This document shows positions 23,303-37,180 of a DNA stretch of 64,000 bases, piece after piece; the first letter of the stretch is position 1, and each line of letters starts with the position of its first letter. The translations under genes and the position numbers were made by a program. The DNA comes from Eledone cirrhosa. Its lineage: Eukaryota. The notes beneath the pieces were generated by a model. The model saw only the letters and a list, made by a program, of their open reading frames with translations, did no database searches and was not told the origin of the DNA. The DNA lies in assembly GCA_964016885.1 (NCBI GenBank), contig OZ024743.1, forward strand, positions 105,028,001-105,092,000. The letters run 5' to 3'.

Positions 23303-26250
23303 TCTTCACCATCACCATCATCACCATCAACAACATTACTACCATCACCATCAGCATTATCATCAACAACAATACCAACACCATAGCTATCAGTATCATC
23401 AATACCATTATCGCCATCATCATCACCATCACCGTCATCACCATTATCATCTTCACCAACACCATCACCATCACCATCACCGCAATCACCACCATCACCA
23501 CCACCACCACCATCACCGCAATCACCACCATTACCAACATCACCACTACCATCACCGCAATCACCACCATCACTACCATTACCACCATCACCATCACCAT
23601 CACCACTATTACCACCATCACCACCACCATCACCACCACCATCACCATCACCATCACCGCAATCATCACCATTACCACCATCACCACCACCATCACCACC
23701 ACCATCACCACCATTACCACCATTACCACCATCACCATCACCATCACCACCATTACCACCATCACCACCACCATCACCATCACCACCATTACCACCATCA
23801 CCATCACCATCACCACCATCACCACCATTACCACCATCACCATCACCATCACCATCACCACCATCACCATCACTACAATTACCACCATCACCATCACCAT
23901 CACTACCATTACCACCACCACCATCACCACCACCATCACCACCACCATCACCATCACCACCACCACCACCATCACCACCATCACCACCATCACCACCACC
24001 ATCACCACCATCACCACCATCACCACCATCACCACCACCATCACCACCAACATCACCATCACCACCACCACCACCATCACCACCATTACCATCACCACCA
24101 TCACCACCATCACCACCACCATCACCACCACCACCACCACCATCACCACCATTACAATCACCACCATCACCACCACCACCACCATCATCACCATCACCAC
24201 CATCACCACCACCACCACAACCATCACCACCATCACCACCACCACCATCACCACCATTACCATCACCACCATCACCACCACCACCATCACCACCATCACC
24301 ACCATCACCACCACCACCATCACAACCATTACCATCACCACCATCACCACCACCACCCTCACCACCATTACCATCACCACCATCATTACCACCACCATCA
24401 CCACCATTACCATCACCACCATCACCACCACCACCACCACCATCAACACCACCACCACCACCATCAGCACCATCAACACCATTACCACCATTACCATCAC
24501 CACCATCAACATCACCACCATCACCACCACCACCACCACCACCACCATCAACACCACCACCACCACCATCAGCACCATCAACACCATTACCATCACCACC
24601 GTCACCACCATGACCATCACCACCACCATCATCACCACCATCACCACCATTACCATCACCACCATCACCACCATTACCATCACCACCATCACCACCATTA
24701 CCATCACCACCATCACCACCATCACCACCACCATCATCACCACCATCACCACCATCACCACCACCATCATCACCACCATCACCACCATTACCATCACCAC
24801 CATCACCACCATTACCATCACCACCATCACCACCACCATCATCACCACCATTACCACCATGACCATCACCACCACCACCATCACCACCATCACCACCATA
24901 TCCACCATCACCATCACCTCCATCACCACCACCACCATTACCGCCACCACCATTACCACCACCACCACCATCAACACCACCACCATCACCACCACCATCA
25001 ACACCACCACCACCATCACCACCATCACCACCACCACCATCACCATCACCACCACCACCACCACCACCACCACCACCACCATTACCACCATCACCACCAT
25101 CACCACCACCACCATCACCACCATCACCACCATTACCACCATCACCACCATCACCACCATCACCACCATCACCACCACCACCATCACCACCATTACCACC
25201 ATTACCACCATCACCACCATCACCACCATCACCACCACCACCACCACCATCACCACCATTACCACCATTACCACCATCACCACCATCACCACCATCACCA
25301 CCATCACCACCACCACCATCACCACCACCACCACCACCACCACCACCATTACCACCATCACCACCATCACCACCACCACCATCACCACCATCACCACCAT
25401 TACCACCACCATCACCACCACCACCATCACCACCATCACCACCATTACCACCACCACCACCATCACCAACACCACCACCACCACCACCACCACCACCATC
25501 ACCACCATCACCACCATTACAACCATCACCACCACCATCACCACCATCACCACCACCACCACCACCATCACCACCACCACCACCACCACCACCATCACCA
25601 CCATTACCACCACCACCACCATCACCACCACCACCACCACCACCACCACCACCATCACCACCATTACAACCATCACCACCACCACCACCATCACCACCAC
25701 CACCACCACCACCACCATCACCACCATTACCACCACCACCACCACCACCACCACCACCACCATCACCACCATCACCACCATTACAACCATCACCACCACC
25801 ACCACCATCACCACCATCACCACCACCACCACCACCATCACCACCACCACCACCACCACCACCATCACCACCATTACCACCACCACCACCACCACCACCA
25901 CCACCACCACCACCACCACCATCACCACCATCACCACCATTACAACCATCACCACCACCACCACCATCACCACCATCACCACCACCACCACCACCATCAC
26001 CACCACCACCAACACCACCACCACCACCACCACCACCACCACCACCATCACCACCACCACCACCACCACCACCACCACCACCACCACCATCACCACCATT
26101 ACAACCATCACCACCATCACCACCATCACCACCACCACCACCACCACCACCACCACCATCACCACCACCACCACCACCACCACCATCACCACCATTACCA
26201 CCATCGCCACCATCGCCACCATTATTATCATCTCCATCATCATCACAATC
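23302..26250. repeat. (ACC/ATC/ATT)n cryptic trinucleotide satellite, ~2.9 kb
   Basis: Direct reading. Confidence 0.97.
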
Positions 26251-26468
26251 ACTCCATGTTTGATTTATATTAATTTGCTGCGAATTATTAAATGTTAATA
26301 TATTAATGAAATATTTTCACTCCTGCAATGTGGTGGAATTTCATGATTTACAATCGTTGACGCCCCCTCCTCCTCCTCCTCCTCCTCCTCCTCCTCCTCC
26401 TCCTCCTCCTCATCATCATCATCATCATCTACCCCCCCCCACACACACACACAATGTCATTATTTTTG

Positions 26469-26670
26469 TTCTTGACAAAACCGCAAGAAAGAATTGATGG
26501 ACAGAGTTTACAGGCAAAACCCAACCAGCAGCAGGAGACTCAGAAATAGAGCCCGAGGAAGACGATTGGATAACATCCATGAGCTCGGCGGGCCCCGCTT
26601 CGGGATCCAGCTAGATCAATTGGTAACGGTTGCTTCTGACAGGACCCTCTGGAAGACAAAACTACAATAG
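26469..26670 (+). mobile_element. RTE-clade (Expander/Rex3-like) LINE 3' fragment
   Basis: Translates PQER..RVYRQNPTSSRRLRNRARGRRLDNIHELGGPRFGIQLDQLVTVASDRTLWKTKL, resembling the RPRGRPRxRWxDxIxxLxWxRLGI..DRxxW C-terminus. Confidence 0.6.
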
Positions 26671-26715
26671 TAACAACAATAACAAAAGTAATATCAATCA
26701 GGTGAGAGATAAAAG

Positions 26716-27575
26716 TTTCTTATATAGGCATAAGGCCAACAATATTGGGGGAAGGGGAAAGTCGATTAAATCGATGCCAGCGAGTGACTGGTACTTTATT
26801 TTATCGACCCCGTAAGGATAAAAGGCAAAGTTAACCTCCGCGGGATTGAAGTCAGAACATAAAAGGCCGTAACTCTATGCTGCAAAGCATGACGTCCGAT
26901 CCTCTACTAATATTGCCAATCCACCGCCCTGAGAAATAATAATAAAGGTTTTTGATTGATTTACTGGGTTAGAGAGGGTAAAGTTGATTAAAGTGACCCA
27001 GTATTTGGCTGGTACTTTATTTCATCGCTGGAAACTAAGTTGAAAGAGAAAGATTGGAAAAAATGGCGCAAAACATTTTGTCCGACGCTCTACCAACCCT
27101 GCCAATCCACTGCCCTAGAAACAAGAATATTTTCTACAATGGCACACACATGGTCAGTTATTTTGTGGGAGAAAAACAGTCAGTTTTATCGACCCCAGTA
27201 TTTGACAGTTTTTTTTTTATTTTACCAACCCAAGAAGCATAAGAAGCAAAGTTGCGGTTATCGGGATTTCAACTCAAAATATAAAGAGCTAGAAAAAATA
27301 CCGCAATGGCATTTTATCCAACGTTCTATCAATTACTACGAAACATTATATCGGTCACTATACAAATTACTGCGTAACCAAATACTACGAAGTATTATAT
27401 CGATCACTCTACAAATTACAGTAATAATTGTTTCTATTTTTTGCACATGGCCAGCAATTACCCAGTGCATTACTGGTATTTTATTTTATCGGCTCTATAA
27501 GGATGGAAAGCAAAGTTAACCACAGCAGAATTTGAACTCAGAACGTAAAGAGACGTAACTCCAGCTGCAAAGTAA
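26716..27575 (-). mobile_element. Cluster of SINE family A copies (one full length at 26716-26930, several degenerate)
   Basis: Repeated CTGGTACTTTATTTTATCGACCCCGTAAGGAT..GGCAAAGTTAACC, with heads TGCCAATCCACCGCCCT. Confidence 0.85.
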
Positions 27576-27999
27576 TACTGAAGCTAGAAGTGGTGTTGAA
27601 GCAGGTGAACAATTATGGCTGCAAAACTTAGGAGCTCACCCGTCTCTTTATTCGATTGCTGTGGTTGTTTTCAGCCTCAGGTGACTCCTTCTCATGGAGA
27701 ACTATAATAAAAATCTTTCCAGTCCTTATTTTGTCAAGTACCAGTAGAGTTAAAGCTATACCATCCAAATCAGCACACATTTGTTAAACACTAGATAAAC
27801 TGTTGCCTTTCATCGTTTCGATGTCGATCATAAAAAGATACCAGTGCAGTACTGAGGTTGATTCTTTATCTATATTTAATTTCCACCGTCCTCTCTCTTT
27901 CTCAAATTCTTTGGAAGAAATCTGCCAGGTTAAAATTGCTCATTACACGCTTTATGTCACAACGGTGACCCTACGACTGTATCAGGAGTTACAAGTCCT

Positions 28000-28166
<167 letters not shown>

Positions 28167-28785
28167 AAGCGTCATTTGCGAGAAATTTGGCTGCTATTTC
28201 TAGCAAATCAAGTCGTGATCTTAAGCAACAATTTTCAACCTTTGTTTTTACAGTGACCAACAGTGAGAGGTGTATTTTGTGTTGCGACACAATATGCATG
28301 TTTAATGAGGTTGTCTCTCTCACTGCATTATTATTTTAGATATTTTCTTAATGTCGTGACAAATTTTATTTATTTTGCACCCCGATAATAGGTCGGGAAT
28401 CACAGTTTGAACACCTTAACTAAGAGCCTTATCAATTTGTGACATAGAATTTTGGGAATTTTGGGAAATCCCAGCAGAGCATCTAGCAGTTCATATGAAA
28501 GACAATGACCTATAGTCTGTTACATGGATGTTTTACCTGTCGTTATTACATGAGATTCTGGGATATTCCTGCAGAGTAACTTGCAATTCACAGTAACACT
28601 TGTCTACTATTTCTATAAGAAATTGCTGCATTGCTTGTAGACTCAACCTTACAACATTACATTATTCATCACATGATCAATAATACTGATAATTCTCTTT
28701 CTGAAGCGTCTTCAAGTTTACACGCAGTTTGTCTTCTCTTATTATTCCCCAAGTCAACAAATATTTACATGGGCAAGTATCACAC

Positions 28786-29300
<515 letters not shown>

Positions 29301-29529
29301 CATTCACGATAAAATAACATCACACACACACATAGAAACGTAGACGGCCAGAGGCAAAAAGAACTTCGATTCAACATTAATATATTCCGAATGTCCTTCT
29401 GTCTAACAAGACTTCACAATAAGTAGTAAAACCTGTCTATTCCTTTTGTATAACTGCCATATTTTCATAGCTTTCACTCATATCTTACATCCTATTGTCT
29501 TCAGTAGAAGTTTTTAACCTTGTCGTCTG

Positions 29530-29950
29530 CCTCCCTATCTAATTGTCTAGTTGTTTATTCACCTGAAGGTATATCTGTCTATCTGTTTGTGTATCTATTT
29601 GTTTGTCTATCTGTCTATTTGTCTAGCTAAAGGTCCATCTGACGTTCTATATACGGCCTATCTGTTTTTCTACCTAAAGGTCCATTCCTTTTTTATCTGT
29701 CTACGTGAAGGTCTATTTAATTTTCTATCTATTTATCTAGATGAAAGTCAATCTGTTTGTCCACCTGAAGATCTATCTGTTTACCCAAAGGTGTAAATAT
29801 CTGCCATTGTCTATCTATTTGTCTATCTGAAGGTCTATCTGTCTGTCCAACTGAAAGACTATCTACTCTCTATCTATTTCTGTACCTGAAGGTGCAACTG
29901 TTTTTTTTTTTCTTTTATCTTATTGTCTATCTATTCGTCTACCTAAAGCC
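29530..29950. repeat. Degenerate minisatellite built from (TCTA/TCTG)n plus a CTGAAGGT motif
   Basis: About 10 recurrences of CTGAAGGT/CTAAAGGT-like motifs separated by CTAT/CTGT runs. Confidence 0.7.
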
Positions 29951-30100
29951 CTGTGTTTGTCCATGTTATTTCCGAGCAGAATGCATCTCGTCCCTTGGTA
30001 TAGAATGATCCATTCCTTTACTAAAATGCTAGAGTGTATAATGGGCGATATTTTGTTGCTATTCCAAGGACAACAAGTGACAACCTAGTGGTATCATGTT

Positions 30101-30290
30101 GGAGGCATTTGGCAGTATCGGTAGAGGGTCGGACGCAATGCTTTCCAGCATAGTTAAGTCCCTTTACGATCTGAGTTCAAATCCCGCCGAGGTTGACTTT
30201 GCCTTTCATCCTTACGAGGTCGATAAAATAAAGTACCAGTAATGCACTGGGTATTTGCTGGCCTTGTGCCTAAATTAGAAACAATTATTT
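30101..30290 (+). mobile_element. SINE family A, full length (short-tail variant)
   Basis: A box, B box GAGTTCAAATCC, core and tail GCCTTGTGCCTAAATTAGAAAC. Confidence 0.9.
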
Positions 30291-30872
30291 AGATAGATTT
30301 ACAGTTATAAGACAATTTAACTTGAAAAGGTATAGTTTTATCGTTAAAGACGTTCTCATTTTCGGTGCAATAAATTTGTATATATACGTATGTATATATA
30401 TATATATTATACATACACACATATATATAAATATATACACACAAACACACACACACTCACATACACATATATATGTATATATATACTATAGCAAGGGAAA
30501 ACATTCACCTAAAGAATGTTGTCGCAACAAAAAAAATCTCAAGTTCAATTATGTTCTGCAGTGAGTATCCGACTATTGAGATACGGTATTTTTAAGAAAT
30601 CATGAAATTGTTCTGATTTTTTGGTATTTTTCTTGAAATTTCCTATTTTTCTGTATCTTTGTATATTTTATGTTGTCGATGAAGATACAGGATTTAGTGA
30701 AATTAAGGATCATAGGTAAATATCTCCAGACAATTCTCAGATTCTAATATATAGGATACATCTCTATAGTGATGATGGCTCGAGCTGTTTTTTTTTACCA
30801 TTTCCTCTTGTCATCACATTCTTATTGAAACATGTGTAAGACAAATACAATGTTTTAAATTTCTTTATATTG

Positions 30873-30882
30873 ATTTTCTATC

Positions 30883-30972
<90 letters not shown>

Positions 30973-30982
30973 GATAGAAAAT
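30873..30982. repeat. Palindrome: 14-bp unique arms around (TA)n
   Basis: ATTTTCTATCCACT-(AT)n-AGTGGATAGAAAAT. Confidence 0.9.
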
Positions 30983-31459
30983 GTGTGTGTGTGTGTACAT
31001 TATGTAGTAGAAGAAGGAAGAGAAGAATCAGTTTCTTATAGATTTATGTGCCACTTTTTCTCCAGACTAATAAAGTTAATGTTATTGTTGTCCAGCTAAA
31101 GCTTCACTGGGTGAATGACCGTAGTAGAAGAATAACAGAAAATGTGACAATTGTTTTTAAGAAGATTTTCAGCAAAGTGTTTAGTTTCTTGTTTAACACC
31201 AGGACAATCATGGTCGATAAGACCTATGCTGAAAGCTGATCTAGACATAATCATCAATATATTCTTTGTTTTGTTTCAGGCATTCTATAACAAGAACTGC
31301 ATTTTCTAATGGATTGGGAATTATTATATTTGTTTTGATATATTGAGTGGAAATAAACAGCAATTATTATGAACACGAAAAGAAAAGAAACAAACACCGC
31401 AACAAAAACAATAACAATGATTATGATATTAATAACAGCAACAATAACAATGATAATAC

Positions 31460-32160
31460 GAGGCCAACAATTTGAGACGGAGTGGAAAGTCGTTTATATT
31501 GTTGACCTTAGTACTTGACTGGTACTTTATTTTAGCGAACCTGGAAGGATAAAAGGCAAAGTTAACCTCGGCAGGAATTGAAAATCAAGTTTAGCTTTCA
31601 TCATTCAGGGGTCGATAAAATAAAGTACCTTTCAAATACTGAGGTTGAGGTAAACAACTTTTACCCATCAGCCATATTTTTGACATTGTGCCTAAATTAG
31701 AAATCATTATTGAGTCGGACGCCATGTTTTGCAGCAAAGAGTTACGGCCCTTTATGGTCTGAGTTCAAATCTCGCTGGGGTTAACTTTGCCTTTCATCCT
31801 TATGGGGTCGATGAAATAAAGTACCAGTAATACCCTGGGATAATTGTTGGTCTTGTGCTAAAAGTAGAAACAATTATTAATAGTAAAGCGGTGGATTGGC
31901 AGTATCGGTAGAGCGTCGGGCGCCATACTTTGCAGCATAGAGTTACGGCTCTTTATTATCTGATTTCAAATCCCGCGAGGTCGATACAATAAAGTACCAG
32001 TCACGCACTGCAGTCGATTTAATCGACTTGCCACTCCCCCCCAAATTGCTGGCCTTGTGCCTAAAGTAGAAACAATTATTATTAGTAGTAGGCAGAATTG
32101 GTAGAGCACCGGACAAAATGCTTTATGGCATTCAGTCACGTCTTTCTATGTTCTGAGTTC
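31460..32160. mobile_element. Cluster of SINE family A copies (one minus, then head-to-tail plus copies)
   Basis: Core motif at ~31520(-), 31600, 31790 and 31980(+); heads at 31886 and 32090. Confidence 0.85.
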
Positions 32161-32164
32161 TGAG

Positions 32165-32400
32165 TGCTTTAATTGATCAACCATCGGAATAGCTTGCTCA
32201 GGAAATTAACGCACATGTGAGTAAGCATTGCACATATATCACTTCCAATTCATTGTAATTTTCAGGGAGATTCAGCATGAAACAGAATTACGTTAAGGGG
32301 ACTTGTATCTCTGGAGTGTAAGACAATGTAAGATAAGGCTCGCTCTTTTGAAATACAAGTACAACTCAATTTTTCCAGTTCCCCTCGATCCGAGAGTTGA
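32165..32400 (-). mobile_element. SINE family B-related fragment
   Basis: GGAATAGCTTGCTCAGGAAATTAACG..GGAGATTCAGC..TTTGAAATACAAGTACAACTC, similar to 5170-5310. Confidence 0.5.
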
Positions 32401-32784
32401 AAGACCTTACGATTGTGAACCAAGCACCTTAACGCTCTTATACGCACATAGACACATGACAGCGGCGCGCATGCGTACTCAGACATTTTGTAAAACAAAT
32501 GAAGCAAAAATAAATGTCATCTTTCATTTTTTTATATACTCTTGAGAATTAGTCTTTGGTAGTTAAAAAACAAAAAACAAAAAAAAATAGAAATAAAAAA
32601 ACATTAATCATTATCGATTACCCATTTTCTGGATGACTTCATTGACGTTTCAAGTCTCTGATATTGGTGATGATGATGATGACCGTGCTAATGGCGGTGA
32701 TGCTGAATATGTTGGCGATGATGACGATAATAATTATGATCATCCTTATCAACATCTTATATATGTATATATAATATATACATA

Positions 32785-33660
32785 TGTATGTTCTTTTGGT
32801 TTCATTATTTTATAAATTTCTACCAATAGAGAAAGAAAGTCCATTTATAACATAGACACAAGACTCTTTATTGAAATTTAGACATCAACTTGGTAAATAT
32901 GTATGTATGTCTGCATGCGTCTGTGTGTGTGTGTGTGTGCAAGTATGGGTGTTATAGTATGTGTGGATCTGTATGCTTTGAGTTATATGTGTACACATGC
33001 ATATGTTTTGTATCTATACATGTGCATATGCAGTTATTACGTTCAGAACTTTTGGAATGTTTTACATATTTTTACATTTCCATTAATAGATTGTATTTGT
33101 AGCTTCTTAACTAGTCGTATTCTTTCTGTTTCTGTGAAGCCCGGCTTCTCAAGATTTGTACTGAGGCAGTTACTAACATATCCCAGTGTCCCAATAATCA
33201 CAGGTATAAATCTGAAAGTATAATCAGGGTGGAGTACCTGCAGATTTCTCATTAGTTCTGCATAATATTTAATATTATATTGACATCATCTGGGCAGCTG
33301 TCTTGCACTACAGTACATGCCTTCTTTTCCCTGTCCCATATCATTATATCTGGTCTGTTATGCTTGCATTTTAGAGGGTTTTTTACTGGAACATTCCACC
33401 AATACTCTTTCATATTATGCATGTATATGTCTTCCACTTTGCTATAACTTTTAATGTTTATTGTCGGGACTATATTTTCCACGGAGTTTGACCACTACAT
33501 CCTGCCTCATAGATAGATAGTACCGTGATAATATCTTTGAACAGTTGCTTATGACATGGGTGATTTCTTCGATGTTAATTCTTCAGAGTCTGCATTTGTT
33601 ATCACAACTAGGTGTTTTGCCTGCATCCCTATCTCTTTTGTGAATCAGGCATTTGCAGTT
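32785..33660 (-). mobile_element. R4/Dong-like non-LTR retrotransposon 3' fragment (family with TACA tail)
   Basis: Minus strand reads CDNKCRL..SRYYLSMRQDVV..EYWWNVPVKNPLKCKHNRPDIMIWDREKK..SCPDDVNI..MRNLQVLHPDYTFRFIPVIIGTLG (zinc knuckle and RLE), then a 3' UTR ending in ACATACAT. Confidence 0.85.
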
Positions 33661-33734
33661 ATCTATGAAATGTGACTAGGTCAAACGTACACTTAACCAG
33701 AAATAACGGTCAAAACATGTTTCTCCAGTCAGAG

Positions 33735-33893
33735 GAAAGGTTAGTTTAGCTTGGTAGCCGAACCCCGCTATGAACGTAAATATTATCCATGAGGTCTAAT
33801 ATAGGACAGCGAAAGCAAGCTCAGCATTTGAAAGTCTTAGATTCATTGATTCGGAACGTATAGGAGTCATTTTCATAACCAAACTGAATATTT
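33735..33893 (+). mobile_element. RTE (BovB-like) LINE internal fragment, highly decayed
   Basis: Translates ..LGS..IIHEV*YRTAKASSAFESLR..ERIGVIFITKLNI, matching YLGS..DxEVxxRIAKASxAFGRL..WERRGIxLxTKLKVY. Confidence 0.6.
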
Positions 33894-33984
33894 GTTTTGT
33901 AGGGAGAGGAGAGTTGATTATATCGACCTCAATATTTGACTACATTTTCTAATATATTAGAAATTATTATTATAGTTTAGGAGA

Positions 33985-34208
33985 GGGCGGTGGATTGGCA
34001 GTATCGGTAGAGAGTCGGACACCACGCTTTGCAACATAGAGTTACGGCCATTTACCGTCTGAGTTCAAATCTCGCCGAGGTTAACTTTGCCTTTCATCCT
34101 TACGGGGTCGATAAAATAAAACACCAGTATCGTACTGGCGTCGATTTAATCGATTTTCCCCTACCCCTCAAATTACTGGCCTTATGTCTAAATTAGAAAT
34201 TATTATTA
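33985..34208 (+). mobile_element. SINE family A, full length (long-tail variant) with 26-bp flanking direct repeat
   Basis: Complete A box, B box, core and tail; ATTAGAAATTATTATTATAGTTTAGG at 33956-81 and 34192-217. Confidence 0.92.
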
Positions 34209-34319
34209 TAGTTTAGGTGTATGGAGTGGCAATAAGCATCAGTTATTATCAGTAAGAAAAGTATAATAAAACCAACAAATACAGAAAAAAGAATAATGAC
34301 AACAACAATAACAATATAA

Positions 34320-34475
34320 ACAATTTCTAACGTTGGTACGGTGGCCTGTAATTTAAGGTAAGTAGAAAGTCAACTACATCGAGTCCAGTATAGACCCCGG
34401 AAGGAAGAAACTTAAAGTTAACCCCGGCGAGATTTTAAACCAGAATATATAGTGCCGATTATAACGATTCTATTA
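34320..34475 (-). mobile_element. SINE family A, degenerate
   Basis: GACCCCGGAAGGAAGAAA..AAAGTTAACCCCGGCGAGATTT. Confidence 0.65.
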
Positions 34476-34594
34476 ATCACCTTCAAGATATGACCCCCCC
34501 CCTCCCAACAAAAAACTAGTTGAGAGGCATTCATGCCTTTCCCGCGTCTTTAAGAGACGCAAATATAAATTGTAAAGTTTCCAGTTCAGAATCA

Positions 34595-35400
34595 CCTGGC
34601 TGACTGGACAGGCGAAGGTCTCTGTCCCCCCAGTATACAAATGTCCAATGCAACTGGGACGACATCAAATGTAGGTTTTCTTTCAGGCGAATCGAGTTTT
34701 GCTTGGACTAACACCGACTCACCTGTCTCCGCCCCGCATTACACCCAAACAGCGGCGTACGGCTCAACTCGGTGACCTCCTCATCAACCGGTACTATTCT
34801 TGAGTGGCATCCGAGTGTCTCAACACCACGACCTCCGCGTGTGTGAGCCACTTAAATGCTGTTGCGGGGCGGTCGTTGACAAGTTCGGCTTGTACCCAGA
34901 GCGCAGGCTGGTTCTCACGACATGCCATTCTCAACGACATATTGAGAAGGAGCCTGGACGCAGCTGCTTCCCATCACAACTGGAACCAGCGTGCCTTGAC
35001 CGCGGAGATAGCAAGCGCACCGGTGGAATCACCCTCTTCCCATTCGAAGGGAGTAGATCCCTCATCTGGGACGCCACATGTGACACGTTCTCCGCGACCA
35101 ACATAGTCGCTTCGGCCACAAACCCCGATACTGCGACCCGCAATGTAAGTGGAAACGAAGATAAACAAATACTGGGGATTGTCTGGTTCTCTTCGCACCG
35201 GTCGCCGTTGAGACCTCAGGCGTACTTGAACCCCGTACAGCTGAGCTCCTCTGCAAGATCGGAACGTCAGCAGCCCGTCTGAGGTAGGAATCCTGTTAGG
35301 AGCCCCGTTAGGTAGAGTGGCTATTGCAGCGGGTGTCGCTGGCCATTGTCCTCGGGCATGCTTTTGCGGTTCTGTCCGCGGGGTCCTCCTCTTACCGCCA
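34595..35400 (+). mobile_element. Second CRE-clade fragment (RLE region), frameshifted
   Basis: Homologous to 3070-3900: QCNWDDIKC, SSTGT, CCCGAVVDKFGLYP, RHAILNDILRRSLDAA, FPSQLEPACLDRGDSKRTGGITLFPFEGSRSLIWDATC, PVAVETSG, WLLQRVSLAIV. Confidence 0.85.
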
Positions 35401-35769
35401 CACCCTAGGCCCATTCCCGATCATCCTTCCCCCTATCCTCATTCTTCTATCACACTAGAGCCCTTGTCCTCCCTTCCTTTTCCATTGTTTTTTATATTTT
35501 CTTATTTTACATTTCATTCTTTCTTCTCAATTAGCTAAAATATCAAGAATCCATATTTCTCATTTGGAAAACTCACGAGGCTTTCGTAATATTACATTAT
35601 TACCTATTTTGTCAAAATGAAGCTTTTACTTTATTTGTTTGTATGTATCTGTGTCTATGTATGTATGTATGTATGTATGTGTGTACGTATGTATGTATGA
35701 ATGTGTATGTGTGTACTTATGTATGTGTGGGTGTATGCATGTGTGTGCGTGCGTGTATGTATCTATTTA

Positions 35770-36274
35770 GGTCGCTCTTCAGCGCTACTGGTATGTAACC
35801 CAGTACAACCTGTGGGTGGTCGGGTCATCGGCTACAAAACCGGCAACCACACCAAGCTTGCTTGGTAAAGAGGCTGATACTGGAAACCCTACGGGATGAA
35901 AAACAAAGTCCGTCAACGGGCGGAGGAACTCAGGAGAGTCAATAAAGTTGTTTTTGATTTGTGCAGCGAGAGATTCCCAGTTTTCATTAAGACATCTGTC
36001 TAGAAGGTCACTATATAAAACCTGTGCCGGCATTTGCATCCAATGATATAAACCAGTTCTGCATTCGATGTTCAGAGAGTGGGATTGGCCCCGTGAAAAG
36101 CCTTTCCTCACTTAAAAAGCTTCATGCACAGGTATCGCTTGATATGAGACATTTTAAAGATGCATGCCATTGCTGGCTATAGGCAAGTCAGTAGCAGGAT
36201 TAATCAACCACGTCCATGATGCTGAAGCTTAAGTATAAAGTGATGGCATTAGTCGAAATCGAGTGCGCCATCAT
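35770..36274 (+). mobile_element. Non-autonomous RTE-derived element, copy 2
   Basis: Colinear with 16270-16878 at the 5' end, in GAGAGTGGGA..CCTTTCCTCACTTAAAAAGCTTCA and at the 3' terminus; embedded in (GTAT)n. Confidence 0.7.
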
Positions 36275-36276
36275 GT

Positions 36277-36975
36277 ATGTATGTTCTTCTGGTTTTATAA
36301 TTTCACAAATTTTTACCAATAGAGAGAGAGTCGGTTTCTAACATAGACACAAGACTCTCTCATTGGAATTTACACATCAACTAGGTAGATATGTATGCAT
36401 GTCTGCATGCATGCATGTGTAGATATGGATGTTACTGTATGTGTGGATGTGTATGTTTTGAGTTGTATGTGTATATATGCTTAGTATCTGTATATGTGTA
36501 TATGCAGTTGTTAGATGCAACATCTTTGGAATGTTTTACATATTTTTACTGTTCCATTAATGCATTGTACTTGTAATTTTCTAACTAGTTGTGTTCTTTC
36601 TGTTCCTGTGAATCCCAGCTTCTCAAGATTTGTATTGAGGCAGTTACTAACTTATCCCAGTGCCTCAATAATCACAGCCATAAATCTGAAGGTGTAATCA
36701 GGGTGGAGTATCTGCAGATTTCTCATCAGTTCTACATAAATATTCTCATTTTTGATATTCTCTTTATATTGGCATCTGCTGGGCAGCTAACTTCCACTAC
36801 TCTGCATGCTTTCTTTTCCCTGTCCCATATCATAATATCTGGTCTGTTATGCCTGCATTTTATTGGGGTTTTTACTGGAACATTCTACCAGTACCCTTTC
36901 ATATTATGTATATGTATGTCTTCCACATTGCTGTAGTTTTTAATGTGTTTATTATCGGGGCTATCTTTTCTACGG
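36277..36975 (-). mobile_element. R4/Dong-like 3' fragment, same family as 32785-33660
   Basis: Colinear with 32785-33482 (RPDIMIWDREKK, SCPADAN, LMRNLQILHPDYTFRF). An extra 3'-terminal stub lies at ~37040-37080. Confidence 0.85.
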
Positions 36976-37080
36976 ATTGCATTGTACTATTATCGGGGCT
37001 ATTTTGTATGTATTTATTTATGTATGTATGTAGTGTGTGTATGTATGTATGTTCTTCTGGTTTTATAATTGCACAAATTT

Positions 37081-37171
37081 TGTATGTATGTATGTATGTA
37101 TGTATGTATGTATGTATGTATGTATGTATGTATGTATGTATGTATGTATGTATGTATGTATGTATGTATGT
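37081..37171. repeat. (TGTA)n microsatellite
   Basis: Direct reading; a second tract lies at 37569-37680. Confidence 0.97.
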
Positions 37172-37180
37172 ATTAGTTCT

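Noticed and set aside
23262-26298. 996-aa Val/Met and 562-aa Thr/Ile ORFs
   Set aside because: Pure ACC/ATC triplet slippage; no evidence of exon structure.
31255-31300. Polypyrimidine tract plus TTTCAG as a splice acceptor of a host exon
   Set aside because: No convincing downstream donor or coding signal; appears to lie in old repeat debris.
36715-36735. CTGATGA-GAAA on the minus strand
   Set aside because: Part of the R4 coding sequence (ELMRN); no stems.
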